41,863 bases of DNA, taken from contig CAZLAR010000001.1 of the NCBI GenBank assembly GCA_964557735.1, positions 1 through 41,863 on the forward strand. Direction: 5' to 3'. Of the stretch, positions 10,725-19,488 are shown piece by piece. How positions within the stretch are numbered: the stretch's first letter is position 1; each line of letters begins with the position of its first letter. A program made the translations under genes and the position numbers. This DNA is from an uncultured Candidatus Saccharibacteria bacterium. GTDB lineage: Bacteria; Patescibacteriota; Doudnabacteria; UBA920. The notes beneath the pieces were generated by a model. That model had not been told where the DNA came from. It worked only from the letters and a program-made list of their open reading frames with translations, and did no database searches.

Positions 10725-12125
10725 TTAATTATAAATTTTTTCTAATATTAGTTCCATTTCTTGTTTAATTCCGTCATTAGCTGTTACTGCTTTTTCTACT
10801 TTCTCTACACCATGCATAACCGTTGTGTGGTCTCTTCCCCCAAAGAACTCACCAATACTTGGGAATGAGCTCCCAAGCTCCTTACGGGCCAAATACATAG
10901 CTGTTTGTCTAGGTTTTACATACTCTTTGCGCCTTGACTGCTTCAATAGATCTTCCATAGTTATACTGTAAAAATTTGCTACCGATTCAGCTATTTTGGA
11001 AAGAGTAACCGCTTTCTTTTTAGCGTTAACTATACTCGCAAGAATATTTTTAGCTTGATCTAATGTTAACGGCTTATTCTCAATTTGTTGATATATCAAC
11101 AGTTTGTTTAGTGCCCCTTCCAACTCACGGATATTATTTACAACATTCTCAGCAATAAATTCGGTAATTTCTTTATCAATAACAACACCTTTTTTACCAA
11201 GCTTGGTCTGTAGAATAGCAATTCGAGTCTCTAGGTTAGGTGCGCTAATATCAGCCACCATCCCCCATTCGAATCTTGAGACTAGTCGTTGTTCAATAGC
11301 TGGAATATCTTTTGGTAAACGGTCAGCGGTAAGAATAATTTGTTTACCTTTATCACGTAGCTCATTAAAGGTATGAAAAAATACCTCTTGAGTTTGCTCT
11401 TTACCAGCGATGAATTGAATATCGTCTACTAACAACATATCAACATTACGATACATTGCTTTAAAACTATCCATACGTTTTTGTCCTAGCGCGGCAACGT
11501 AGTCATTTGTAAACTTTTCGCTAGTAACGTAAAGAATTTTTAAATTTGGGTTACTTTGTAGAACTTTATTACCAATAGCATGCATTAAATGAGTTTTGCC
11601 AAGTCCAACTCCACCGTAAATAAACAACGGATTGTATTGAGTTCCTGGTTGTTTCGCCACCGCAGTGCTGGCAGCGTTTGCTAGCTCATTATTCTGACCA
11701 ACAACAAAAGTTTCAAAAGTATATTGTGGATTTAACCCCCCTATTTTTAGAGAAGCCGATGTAGAGGTAGAGCGTTGACCAGGGTTAAAATTTTCGGTTT
11801 TAACTTCGCCACTTTTTGTGCTTGTGTTAGTGCTCGTAGTTGAATCCATTAAGCTTGGTTGCACAGTATTTTCCTGTTTATGGTGACCAACAGAATATTT
11901 AATTACTTTTACTTCAGGAGCAATCGATTTTAATGCTTTTAACATTGTCGCGTGGTATTTATCAGAGATCCAGTTCCGGGTAAAATTACTTGGCACCCCT
12001 ACTGTGATATAGTCTTCAGACTTTTCAATTATTCCAGTATTTTTAAACCAAGTACTAAAATTCGCCTTACTTAAGGTAACTTCTAGGTCTCCGATGATTG
12101 CTTGCCAGAGTTGTTGATTTGTCAT
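10725..12125 (-). CDS. dnaA: Chromosomal replication initiator DnaA
   Basis: 466 aa. Walker A GGVGLGKTHL, Walker B LLVDDIQF, C-terminal DnaA-box binding domain (RQTAMYLARKEL..SFPSIGEFFGGRDHTTV). Ser/Thr-rich linker after domain I. Confidence 0.96.
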   Translation of the reverse strand: MTNQQLWQAIIGDLEVTLSKANFSTWFKNTGIIEKSEDYITVGVPSNFTRNWISDKYHATMLKALKSIAPEVKVIKYSVGHHKQENTVQPSLMDSTTSTNTSTKSGEVKTENFNPGQRSTSTSASLKIGGLNPQYTFETFVVGQNNELANAASTAVAKQPGTQYNPLFIYGGVGLGKTHLMHAIGNKVLQSNPNLKILYVTSEKFTNDYVAALGQKRMDSFKAMYRNVDMLLVDDIQFIAGKEQTQEVFFHTFNELRDKGKQIILTADRLPKDIPAIEQRLVSRFEWGMVADISAPNLETRIAILQTKLGKKGVVIDKEITEFIAENVVNNIRELEGALNKLLIYQQIENKPLTLDQAKNILASIVNAKKKAVTLSKIAESVANFYSITMEDLLKQSRRKEYVKPRQTAMYLARKELGSSFPSIGEFFGGRDHTTVMHGVEKVEKAVTANDGIKQEMELILEKIYN

Positions 12126-12332
12126 GGTGTTCTTTGTTTCCAGAGGAATTTAAAGCGATTTTAACTAGATATTTAATTCTAACAGGCAAGTTATCAACAT
12201 GTAAAATGGGCATATTTTAGGCTTATATAAGGGAACTTTTTAAATAGCTGTTAACAAGGTGTGGATAGATTGTGTCTAAATCAGAACCTCCGCATAAATT
12301 AACTATTAATTAAAGAATTTTCGTTCAGATCA
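12126..12332. promoter_or_regulatory. dnaA upstream region with DnaA boxes (second oriC/autoregulation candidate)
   Basis: TTATCAACA at 12191-12199 and TGTGGATAG at 12260-12268, each one mismatch from consensus, in the divergent dnaA/rpmH spacer. Confidence 0.5.
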
Positions 12333-12361
12333 TTGACTTTTTACCCCTCTTTCTCTATAAT
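12333..12361 (+). promoter_or_regulatory. rpmH promoter placed for a leaderless transcript
   Basis: TTGACT (12333-12338), 17-nt spacer, TATAAT (12356-12361). Only 6 nt separate the -10 element from the rpmH ATG at 12368. Confidence 0.6.
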
Positions 12362-12367
12362 TACCGA

Positions 12368-12502
12368 ATGAAACGAACCTATCAGCCAAAAGTTAAAAAG
12401 CGAAAACGGGTCCATGGTTTTCTGCAAAGAATGTTGACCAGAACTGGCCGCGCGGTATTAGCTCGCCGTAGACTGAAAGGTCGAGCTAAACTTACTGTTT
12501 AA
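12368..12502 (+). CDS. rpmH: 50S ribosomal protein L34
   Basis: Not in the ORF track because it is only 44 aa. Hand translation: [44 protein letters not shown], stop TAA at 12500-12502. Canonical position before rnpA. Confidence 0.93.
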   Translation: MKRTYQPKVKKRKRVHGFLQRMLTRTGRAVLARRRLKGRAKLTV

Positions 12503-12531
12503 CCCTGTTTAATCAAAACCAACCGATTTAT

Positions 12532-12867
12532 ATGCTTTCTCAAAAACACCGCCTCTCTAAGTCAGCTGACGTTATCAAAACAACAGCCCGAGGGCGGAGT
12601 TTTTTTAATCCCTATTTTGTTCTGAAGACTATTCCTGGGAGTGAACCTGCCAAATTAACAGTGGTGGCTTCGGTTAAGGTCTCTAAGAGAGCAGTAGACC
12701 GTAATCGACTAAAAAGAATTATTAGAGAAACTATTCGCCAGTATATAACCAAATTTAAACCAGGTAATTATGTGGTACTAGTTAAAAAAAGCGCTCTAAA
12801 AATTACTTCTGCAGAACTACGTGAACAAGTGCTTAAAAGTCTAACTGCTAGCAAAACTTTACAATAA
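12532..12867 (+). CDS. rnpA: Ribonuclease P protein component
   Basis: 111 aa, basic, RNR motif (AVDRNRLKRIIRE). Conserved rpmH-rnpA synteny. Confidence 0.9.
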   Translation: MLSQKHRLSKSADVIKTTARGRSFFNPYFVLKTIPGSEPAKLTVVASVKVSKRAVDRNRLKRIIRETIRQYITKFKPGNYVVLVKKSALKITSAELREQVLKSLTASKTLQ

Positions 12868-12903
12868 CATCACAATTTTTTTCAACAGACAACTTTAAAC
12901 AAG

Positions 12904-13143
12904 ATGAAACAAATATTAATTATCACAATTAAAATATACCAACGCACTCTGTCGCCAGACCACGGTTGGTTTCGCTCAAAATGGCCATACGGTTACTGTC
13001 GGTATCAACCCACCTGCAGTCAGTACGCAATTGATTCACTTCATGCACACGGCGCATTAAAAGGTAGCTTAAAAGCGGCATGGAGAATCCTTCGTTGCAA
13101 TCCATTTGCTCAACCTGGCGCAGATCCAGTCATTAAACTATAA
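12904..13143 (+). CDS. yidD: Membrane protein insertion efficiency factor YidD
   Basis: 79 aa. CRYQPTCSQYA motif, lies between rnpA and yidC. Confidence 0.9.
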   Translation: MKQILIITIKIYQRTLSPDHGWFRSKWPYGYCRYQPTCSQYAIDSLHAHGALKGSLKAAWRILRCNPFAQPGADPVIKL

Positions 13144-13220
13144 TGAGACTGAACAACTGAAAGTTATTCAAAACGAATTATACCTGAAGGGTGTAATAAT
13201 ATTAAACAACAATAAATACT

Positions 13221-13958
13221 ATGCTCAACTTCATCGTTAACATTTACACTCAAGCAATTTATGAACCAATTCTAAACTTATTAGTTGGTCTTTATAATAT
13301 TATCCCCGGCCACGACATTGGGCTAGTCATAATTCTAGTAACAGTGGCTATTCGCATCATCTTAGCGCCTTTTATGCATAAATCTTTAAAGGGTCAAAAA
13401 GAGATGAGTGTCCTCCAGCCAAAAATTTCAGCACTACGTGAAAAACATAAAGATGATAAAACCGAGCAAACTAAGGCTATTACAGAACTTTATAAAGAAC
13501 ATAATATCAACCCGTTCTCTTCTTGTTTGCCATTACTAATCCAACTGCCAATTTTAATTGCATTGTATCAAGTGTTTGCAAAAGCTTTGAAAGGTAATCT
13601 TGAAGGGCTATATAGCTTTGTACATAATCCAGGTGTTTTAAATTCTACATTGTTTGGATGGGTAGATTTAGCACATCCAAACATTATTTTTGCAATTCTT
13701 GCAGGGCTCGTACAATTCTGGCAATCATGGATGATCACTAAGAGCCAGAATACCGAAGGTATGGACCCAACTATGAAAGCAATGAGTATCCCAACTATGT
13801 ATGTTCTTCCTTTGGTTTCTATCTACATTGCTTGGAAGTTACCAGCCGGCCTCCCTTTGTACTGGATTGTTACCACCTTGTTCGCTATTGGACAACAATA
13901 CTACTTTAATCGTACTCACGTACCTAAAGAGCTTGTTGTTGAGGCGAAAGAAATTTAG
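13221..13958 (+). CDS. yidC: Membrane protein insertase YidC (short form)
   Basis: 245 aa. 60-kDa inner-membrane insertase core (PLLIQLPILIALYQV, LPLYWIVTTLFAIGQQ). Synteny supports the call. Confidence 0.92.
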   Translation: MLNFIVNIYTQAIYEPILNLLVGLYNIIPGHDIGLVIILVTVAIRIILAPFMHKSLKGQKEMSVLQPKISALREKHKDDKTEQTKAITELYKEHNINPFSSCLPLLIQLPILIALYQVFAKALKGNLEGLYSFVHNPGVLNSTLFGWVDLAHPNIIFAILAGLVQFWQSWMITKSQNTEGMDPTMKAMSIPTMYVLPLVSIYIAWKLPAGLPLYWIVTTLFAIGQQYYFNRTHVPKELVVEAKEI

Positions 13959-13984
13959 CTTTAAAGATTAAAGAAACTACGGTT

Positions 13985-14488
13985 ATGGCAGATCCTCAGA
14001 TAATTGAATATATTCAAACGACTATTCGCGAAGTGTTAGAACGAGCGGGTGTTGAAGCACGGGTAGAGTACGAAGACAGCCTCTCTGGTGGTTTAGTGTT
14101 TAATATTCTGAGCCGGGATGCAAAAATGTTAATTGGTCATCAAGGGGCCACTCTTTACGCACTAGAACATATTATTCATGCGATGGTTGCCCGTCATCTG
14201 AATAGCCAACATTATTCTAGGGTTGAGGTTGAAGAAGGTGCAACTGATAATCGCATATTCTTTTCCGTTGATGTAGATGGATACAAAAGCAAGCGTCAAT
14301 ATCACATTAAGCAAATGATCAAAGAAGAAGTTGCAGAAATGAAACGCAGTGGTAACACAGTAGCTCTACCAGCAATGCCAAAGTATGAACGTAAGTTTGT
14401 ACATATGTATATCCAAGAACAATTTCCACATGTGCTTACTGAAAGCATGGGGGTGGAGCCAACACGTTATATAAAAATGTCTTTATAA
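13985..14488 (+). CDS. jag: Jag/KhpB-like RNA-binding protein (KH + R3H)
   Basis: 167 aa after yidC. KH-like GHQGATLYALEHI and an R3H-like segment ERKFVHMYI. Confidence 0.75.
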   Translation: MADPQIIEYIQTTIREVLERAGVEARVEYEDSLSGGLVFNILSRDAKMLIGHQGATLYALEHIIHAMVARHLNSQHYSRVEVEEGATDNRIFFSVDVDGYKSKRQYHIKQMIKEEVAEMKRSGNTVALPAMPKYERKFVHMYIQEQFPHVLTESMGVEPTRYIKMSL

Positions 14489-14506
14489 TAATGTAAACTA
14501 AATTAA

Positions 14507-14546
14507 TAAAAAAGTATTCTCTTATTTACTCGGAGAATACTTTTTT
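14507..14546. terminator. Bidirectional intrinsic terminator
   Basis: AGTATTCTC (14513-14521) pairs with GAGAATACT (14533-14541). An A-run and a T-run flank it, between convergent jag and the PBP gene. Confidence 0.75.
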
Positions 14547-14550
14547 ATTG

Positions 14551-17373
14551 CTATGGTACAGTTATCGAAATTTTATCACTCATCACTCCGCTATCTGATT
14601 TGGCATAGATACTATATGAGCCAGGACTAGGAGGTGTATCCCACGTTAAAAAATAAGTGTAGTTACTCCCTGTTTTAGACACTGCTCCATTCCCAATTTT
14701 TGAAGCCGCGCCACCTTTTTGAGCATAGAAACTGACGACGTCATACTTGGTAGGAGTTTCAGCACTTAAGTCTAACGGGAAATCATTTCCACCCCCGGAA
14801 ATAAATAATTCAAGTGAGCCATTTAAGGCATATTGAACAGTGACGCTGTCTGTAGCACTACTGCCATCGTTGTAAATTACTTTTGCAGAAATAGTATGTG
14901 ATCCATCGGCATACTTCTCTGTTAACTTGACTCTATAAGGTGCACTCTCTGCGCTTTCTACAAAATTTCCATCAACAGAAACTTCAACTCGAGAAACATT
15001 ATCACCCTGCACACTCATATTCACAGTCACTGAAGCATTGGTTATTGTACTTCCGTCAGTTGGAGAAGTAATTTGAATTTTATCATTAGACGGAGGAAGT
15101 TGCCCTGGGTAGCAGTAACCATTGGCAAGGCCATATGCAATTACAGGATTTTCCCAATTAGGACTATTTCGTTTCTCGCTATGTAGTGTTTTACAAACCC
15201 CAGGGGGTAAACTCGCAACTGTAGCATTGGGATTGTTAGGATCAGGTTCAGTTCCCCCACCGCTCCACCCTTCGGGGGCTTGTATATGAACATCGTCATA
15301 ATCTTTAGGTACAGCATAGTCAGCAAAAATTTCTGTTTTAGTCTGTGGGGTGTATTGTGTTGGTAATTTACCAGAAACTGCATCGACCGACACTTCTTTA
15401 ATACCCGAAGGACGTTCGAATTGCTCTATTGGCGTGTCTGCTAAAGCAGCTTTCATAAATTGATTCCAGATAGGGCCAGCCATAACCACTGCATCTTTTT
15501 TCATAGAGGCATTGTTGTTGTTACCGGTCCACACCCCTGCGGCTAAACTTGGAGTAAAGCCCATAGTCCATCCATCTCGAAAATCTTGTGTGGTTCCAGT
15601 TTTGGCAGCCACTGGGCGACTTCCTAATTGTAGTGGAGAGCTACCACCAAAGACGTAACTTCGGGCGTTGTTATCTGACATAATATTTGTGAGTTGGTAT
15701 ACTGCTTGTTCGTCTAATACTTGCTCACGTTTTTCTTTATACTCTTCTAAAACATCCCCTTCTTGGCCAATAACTTTTAAGATAGCTGTTTTTTCACTCT
15801 TATTTCCTTTGTTTGCTAAGGCAGCGTATGCGGCCGTGTGGTCTAGTAATGTAATGTCACAACCTCCAAGCACTAACGCTAAACCACAATCTTTAAATTG
15901 GGATGTAATCCCTAAACCACGAGCTGTTTCAATAACTTTTTCTGGGCTGACCAAAGCAATTGTTTTTACAGCAGGAACATTTAAACTACCCGCTAAAGCT
16001 TTACGCATAGAGACTGGTCCGTTTTGAGAAAGATTAAAGTTGTTAGGAGAGTAGCCCCCGCCAAAATCAGTTTTTACATCAACCAACATACTAGCTGGTG
16101 AGTATTTAAATTCTCTACCAAACGCTGTAACATAGGCGTAAGGTTTAAAGCTTGACCCTGGTTGTTGTAAGGTGGTTGCAATGTTTACATTTGGACTAAA
16201 CAAACAAGTTTTTGGGTTACAGTCTTTCGGATAGTTATCACCAAAATAATCTTTACTGCCGACCATGGCAAGAATCTGTCCAGTTTTTGGGTCAATCGCT
16301 ACAAGTGCTGCATTGTAACCACCCCCACTAATGTTTTTAGCAGCTCCATCGGCCACCGCTTTCTCAGCGATTTCTTGTAGTTTAGGATCTAAAGTTGTAT
16401 AAACTTTTAAACCCCCTTCTTGAAGAGATTGCTCACCATATTTTTCTGCCAAGTATTCTTCTACATATTGCACAAAATGAGGGGCAACAATAGAATTTTT
16501 AATTGTTTCAAACACCACTACTTCGTTCATAGCTGTGTTATATTGCTCCTCACTAATATATTTAGCGTCTTTTAGTTGGTTCAAAATATATTGCTGACGG
16601 GCTTCAAGCGCGTCAAAATTTGGTCCGCTTGGGTTGTAGTAAGATGGCGCTTGAGGGAGCGCGGCTAAGTAAGCACTCTCCGCAATACTAAGTTCGCTGG
16701 CGTGTTTGTTAAAGTAGGTTTGTGCTGCTGCTTCAATCCCATAGGCATTGCGTCCGTAAGGAATTTCATTGAGGTACATCTTAAAAATCTCGTCTTTACT
16801 AAAACGCGCTTCGAGTTCTATGGAAAGAATAATTTCTTTAACTTTTCGTAAATAGGACTTCTCATTAGAAAGCATAGCGTTCTTAACAAACTGCTGAGTA
16901 ATAGTACTACCCCCCTGACGCTTCTCTCTATATATAATATCTACGATAACTGAACGAGCTAAACCAGTTAAAGAAATTCCAGCGTGGTTATAGAAGTTTT
17001 TATCTTCTGCCACTAAAGTTGCGTTTTTTAAATCTTGACTGATTGCATCAAGGTCTACCAAGGTTCTTTTAAATTCACCATGCACTTCATAGAGCAAGCT
17101 TTCGTCTTTAGCATATATTTTAGTGCTCTCGGGGACGTTTCTTCCTAATAGACGGTTTGGATCTGGTAGTGAGCGACTATAATAGATGAATAGGAATGCG
17201 ACTAATAGTACTCCTGCTGCTCCAACACGGAATGTCCAAGTGCCAATACGGTTCCAAGGTAGATCAGCTGCCCAAGATCGCCAATTTTTAAATGAGAATT
17301 TAGTTCTTGAACTAGGCTTACTTCTAACTGTGCTGTTTTTAGATTGATTGTTTTGGTAGTTATAAACTTTCAT
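14551..17373 (-). CDS. Class A penicillin-binding protein (GT51 glycosyltransferase + transpeptidase) with C-terminal Ig-like extension
   Basis: 940 aa. GT51 motifs EDKNFYNHAGI and GGSTITQQ. Transpeptidase motifs SSFK, SLN and KTGT. About 200 extra C-terminal residues have a beta-sandwich-like composition. Confidence 0.93.
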   Translation of the reverse strand: MKVYNYQNNQSKNSTVRSKPSSRTKFSFKNWRSWAADLPWNRIGTWTFRVGAAGVLLVAFLFIYYSRSLPDPNRLLGRNVPESTKIYAKDESLLYEVHGEFKRTLVDLDAISQDLKNATLVAEDKNFYNHAGISLTGLARSVIVDIIYREKRQGGSTITQQFVKNAMLSNEKSYLRKVKEIILSIELEARFSKDEIFKMYLNEIPYGRNAYGIEAAAQTYFNKHASELSIAESAYLAALPQAPSYYNPSGPNFDALEARQQYILNQLKDAKYISEEQYNTAMNEVVVFETIKNSIVAPHFVQYVEEYLAEKYGEQSLQEGGLKVYTTLDPKLQEIAEKAVADGAAKNISGGGYNAALVAIDPKTGQILAMVGSKDYFGDNYPKDCNPKTCLFSPNVNIATTLQQPGSSFKPYAYVTAFGREFKYSPASMLVDVKTDFGGGYSPNNFNLSQNGPVSMRKALAGSLNVPAVKTIALVSPEKVIETARGLGITSQFKDCGLALVLGGCDITLLDHTAAYAALANKGNKSEKTAILKVIGQEGDVLEEYKEKREQVLDEQAVYQLTNIMSDNNARSYVFGGSSPLQLGSRPVAAKTGTTQDFRDGWTMGFTPSLAAGVWTGNNNNASMKKDAVVMAGPIWNQFMKAALADTPIEQFERPSGIKEVSVDAVSGKLPTQYTPQTKTEIFADYAVPKDYDDVHIQAPEGWSGGGTEPDPNNPNATVASLPPGVCKTLHSEKRNSPNWENPVIAYGLANGYCYPGQLPPSNDKIQITSPTDGSTITNASVTVNMSVQGDNVSRVEVSVDGNFVESAESAPYRVKLTEKYADGSHTISAKVIYNDGSSATDSVTVQYALNGSLELFISGGGNDFPLDLSAETPTKYDVVSFYAQKGGAASKIGNGAVSKTGSNYTYFLTWDTPPSPGSYSIYAKSDSGVMSDKISITVP

Positions 17374-17469
17374 ACATTTATTATACTGATTTTCTCCTGT
17401 TTATGGAAATATGATATACTCTTACTGTGATTATACGTAGAAATTGCGCTTAGGTAACTTAAATAAATT

Positions 17470-18645
17470 ATGAGTAAAGACGAAAATATCCAGAATATTT
17501 TGAAGCGTGGAGTGAATGAAATTATCCATGAAAAGCACTTGGAAAAAATACTTACTGGTAAAAAGAAATTACGGATAAAATTAGGAATCGATCCAACTAG
17601 CCCAAACATTCATATTGGTCGCGCCGTGGTATTGTGGAAGCTACGCGCTTTTCAGGATTTAGGCCATCAGGTAGTGTTTATTATTGGTGATTTTACAGGT
17701 CAAATTGGTGACACTTCCGACAAAGATGCTGAGCGACCAATGCTGTCTGAATCTGAAATAAAAAAGAATGTAAAAACATACTTAGAACAAGCCTATAAAA
17801 TTTTAGATCCCCATAAAACCGAAGCGCATTATAATTCGACTTGGTTAAAGAAGTTAGGCTTTGCAGAAATTGGTCATTTGGCTAATATGTTTGGGTTGCA
17901 TGAATTTTCAGCGCGGGACAATATTGCAAAGCGCATGAAAGCCGGCAAGCGCGTGAGTGTGCGTGAGTTGCTTTATCCGCTAATGCAAGGCTACGATAGT
18001 GTTGCAGTTAAGGCAGATGTAGAACTTGGTGGTACTGACCAACGTTTTAATTTACTTGCAGGGCGAACTATTCAGGAAGCACATGGTCTTCCCCAACAAG
18101 ATGTGATGATGCTGGATCTTTTAGAGGGGACCGATGGTCGTAAGATGTCTTCTTCTTGGGGAAATACAATCAATTTAAATGACCCAGCAGATATAATGTT
18201 TGGCAAAGTGATGAGTATTGCGGATAAGTTGATGGATCGATATTTTGTATTAGCAACTAATATTTCTGTAGAACAGATTGAGCAAATTAAAAAAGGTTAT
18301 GGTAACCCACGTGATCAAAAATTAATATTAGCTCATGCAATTGTCGAACAATACCATGGTGTCGATGCTGCTAGAAAATCCCAAGAAAATTTTGTATCCC
18401 AGTTCAGCAAGAAGGAGTTACCATCTGATATAAAAGAAGTAAAAGTTAAGGTTGGTACGTATTCTTTGATAGAGTTACTAGTGCAATTGAAGTTAGCTTC
18501 GAGTAAGAGCGAAGCTCGTCGCCTAATAGACCAAGGCGGAGTGAAAATTAACCAAGTTAAGGTGACCGAAAAACCGCTTACAATAGGCAAAAAAAACAAC
18601 CTAACAGTGCAGGTTGGTAAGCGAAAGTTTGTGAAGATTGTGTAG
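17470..18645 (+). CDS. tyrS: Tyrosine--tRNA ligase
   Basis: 391 aa. HIGH-region variant PNIHIGR, KMSKS variant KMSSS, C-terminal S4-like domain (SKSEARRLIDQGGVKIN). Confidence 0.9.
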   Translation: MSKDENIQNILKRGVNEIIHEKHLEKILTGKKKLRIKLGIDPTSPNIHIGRAVVLWKLRAFQDLGHQVVFIIGDFTGQIGDTSDKDAERPMLSESEIKKNVKTYLEQAYKILDPHKTEAHYNSTWLKKLGFAEIGHLANMFGLHEFSARDNIAKRMKAGKRVSVRELLYPLMQGYDSVAVKADVELGGTDQRFNLLAGRTIQEAHGLPQQDVMMLDLLEGTDGRKMSSSWGNTINLNDPADIMFGKVMSIADKLMDRYFVLATNISVEQIEQIKKGYGNPRDQKLILAHAIVEQYHGVDAARKSQENFVSQFSKKELPSDIKEVKVKVGTYSLIELLVQLKLASSKSEARRLIDQGGVKINQVKVTEKPLTIGKKNNLTVQVGKRKFVKIV

Positions 18646-18681
18646 GTTAATGTAATTCGTAAATTTAATATTGGCAAAAAT

Positions 18682-18710
18682 AAAACCCTCAACGAATTGA
18701 GGGATTTATT
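18682..18710. terminator. Bidirectional intrinsic terminator
   Basis: CCCTCAA (18686-18692), loop CGAA, TTGAGGG (18697-18703), with A- and T-rich flanks. Lies between tyrS and a convergent small ORF. Confidence 0.7.
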
Positions 18711-18830
18711 TTATGCAGCAACTTCTTCTTCAGCTGGAGCTTCAGTAGTAGCAGGCATTTCTTCAGTAGTTTCTTCAGTTGCTTCAGAAGCAGCTGGAGT
18801 TTCTTCTGTTGTTTCGTCATCTAAGAACAT
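18711..18830 (-). CDS. Small highly acidic protein (39 aa), unknown function
   Basis: Below the ORF-track cutoff. Hand translation: MFLDDETTEETPAASEATEETTEEMPATTEAPAEEEVAA. AGGAGA Shine-Dalgarno 7 nt upstream of the ATG, and a terminator directly after the stop. Confidence 0.45.
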   Translation of the reverse strand: MFLDDETTEETPAASEATEETTEEMPATTEAPAEEEVAA

Positions 18831-18972
18831 TTTGTGTTCTCCTATCTCTGCCAAGGCAAGCAAGGCATAGACATTAGTGATAAATATACTCAGCTCAATT
18901 GCTGAACTATGAAATTATTTTAGCACGTCCTGGATAGTTTGTCCAGGGCTAGAAATATAAAATTTACCAAAA

Positions 18973-19488
18973 TTATTTCTTCCAAACGCTGGCGCAAAGG
19001 GCAATAGCTAAGGCATCGGCCGCGTCGTCTGGCTTAGGAATGTTTTTTAAATTGAAAGTGCGTTGGACCATAGTTTGGACTTGCTTCTTGTCGGCTTTGC
19101 CGTAGCCACATAAAGTATTTTTAACCTGCAAAGGTGTGAATTCTAGAATTGGAATATTTGCAAGATTACACGCCAGCAACACCACTCCCCTGGCCTGCGA
19201 AACAGTCATGGCGGTTTTTTGGTTGTTAGTAAAAAAAAGTTTTTCAATACCTACCACGGCTGGCTGGTATTTTTTAATTATGGCAACTAAGTCTTCGTAT
19301 AAAATTTGCAAACGGTCTGCATCAGAATGAGTGGGCTTTGTGCTAATTACCCCGAACTCTAAAATTTCGTATTCCGATTGATTTTTGTTTTTTAATGTAC
19401 TACGACCGGTTTTGATGGCAGTGCTAGTTTTTTTGATAATCCCAAATCCTGTTGTTGCGGTGCCAGGGTCAATTCCTAAATAGATCAT
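18973..19488 (-). CDS. ruvC: Crossover junction endodeoxyribonuclease RuvC
   Basis: 171 aa. N-terminal [12 protein letters not shown] and C-terminal [11 protein letters not shown] catalytic motifs. ATGA overlap with yebC. Confidence 0.92.
   Translation of the reverse strand: MIYLGIDPGTATTGFGIIKKTSTAIKTGRSTLKNKNQSEYEILEFGVISTKPTHSDADRLQILYEDLVAIIKKYQPAVVGIEKLFFTNNQKTAMTVSQARGVVLLACNLANIPILEFTPLQVKNTLCGYGKADKKQVQTMVQRTFNLKNIPKPDDAADALAIALCASVWKK

Noticed and set aside
17374-17469. Possible T-box leader upstream of tyrS.
   Set aside because: The spacer is only 96 nt and is shared with a divergent promoter. I found no T-box consensus (AANNNGGTGNNA-like), no specifier-loop architecture and no terminator/antiterminator pair.
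17370-17609. 79-aa minus-strand ORF overlapping the tyrS start, and the 18333-18692 ORF overlapping the tyrS end.
   Set aside because: Both overlap the well-supported tyrS gene in antisense. Their hydrophobic, low-complexity translation comes from AT-rich sequence.
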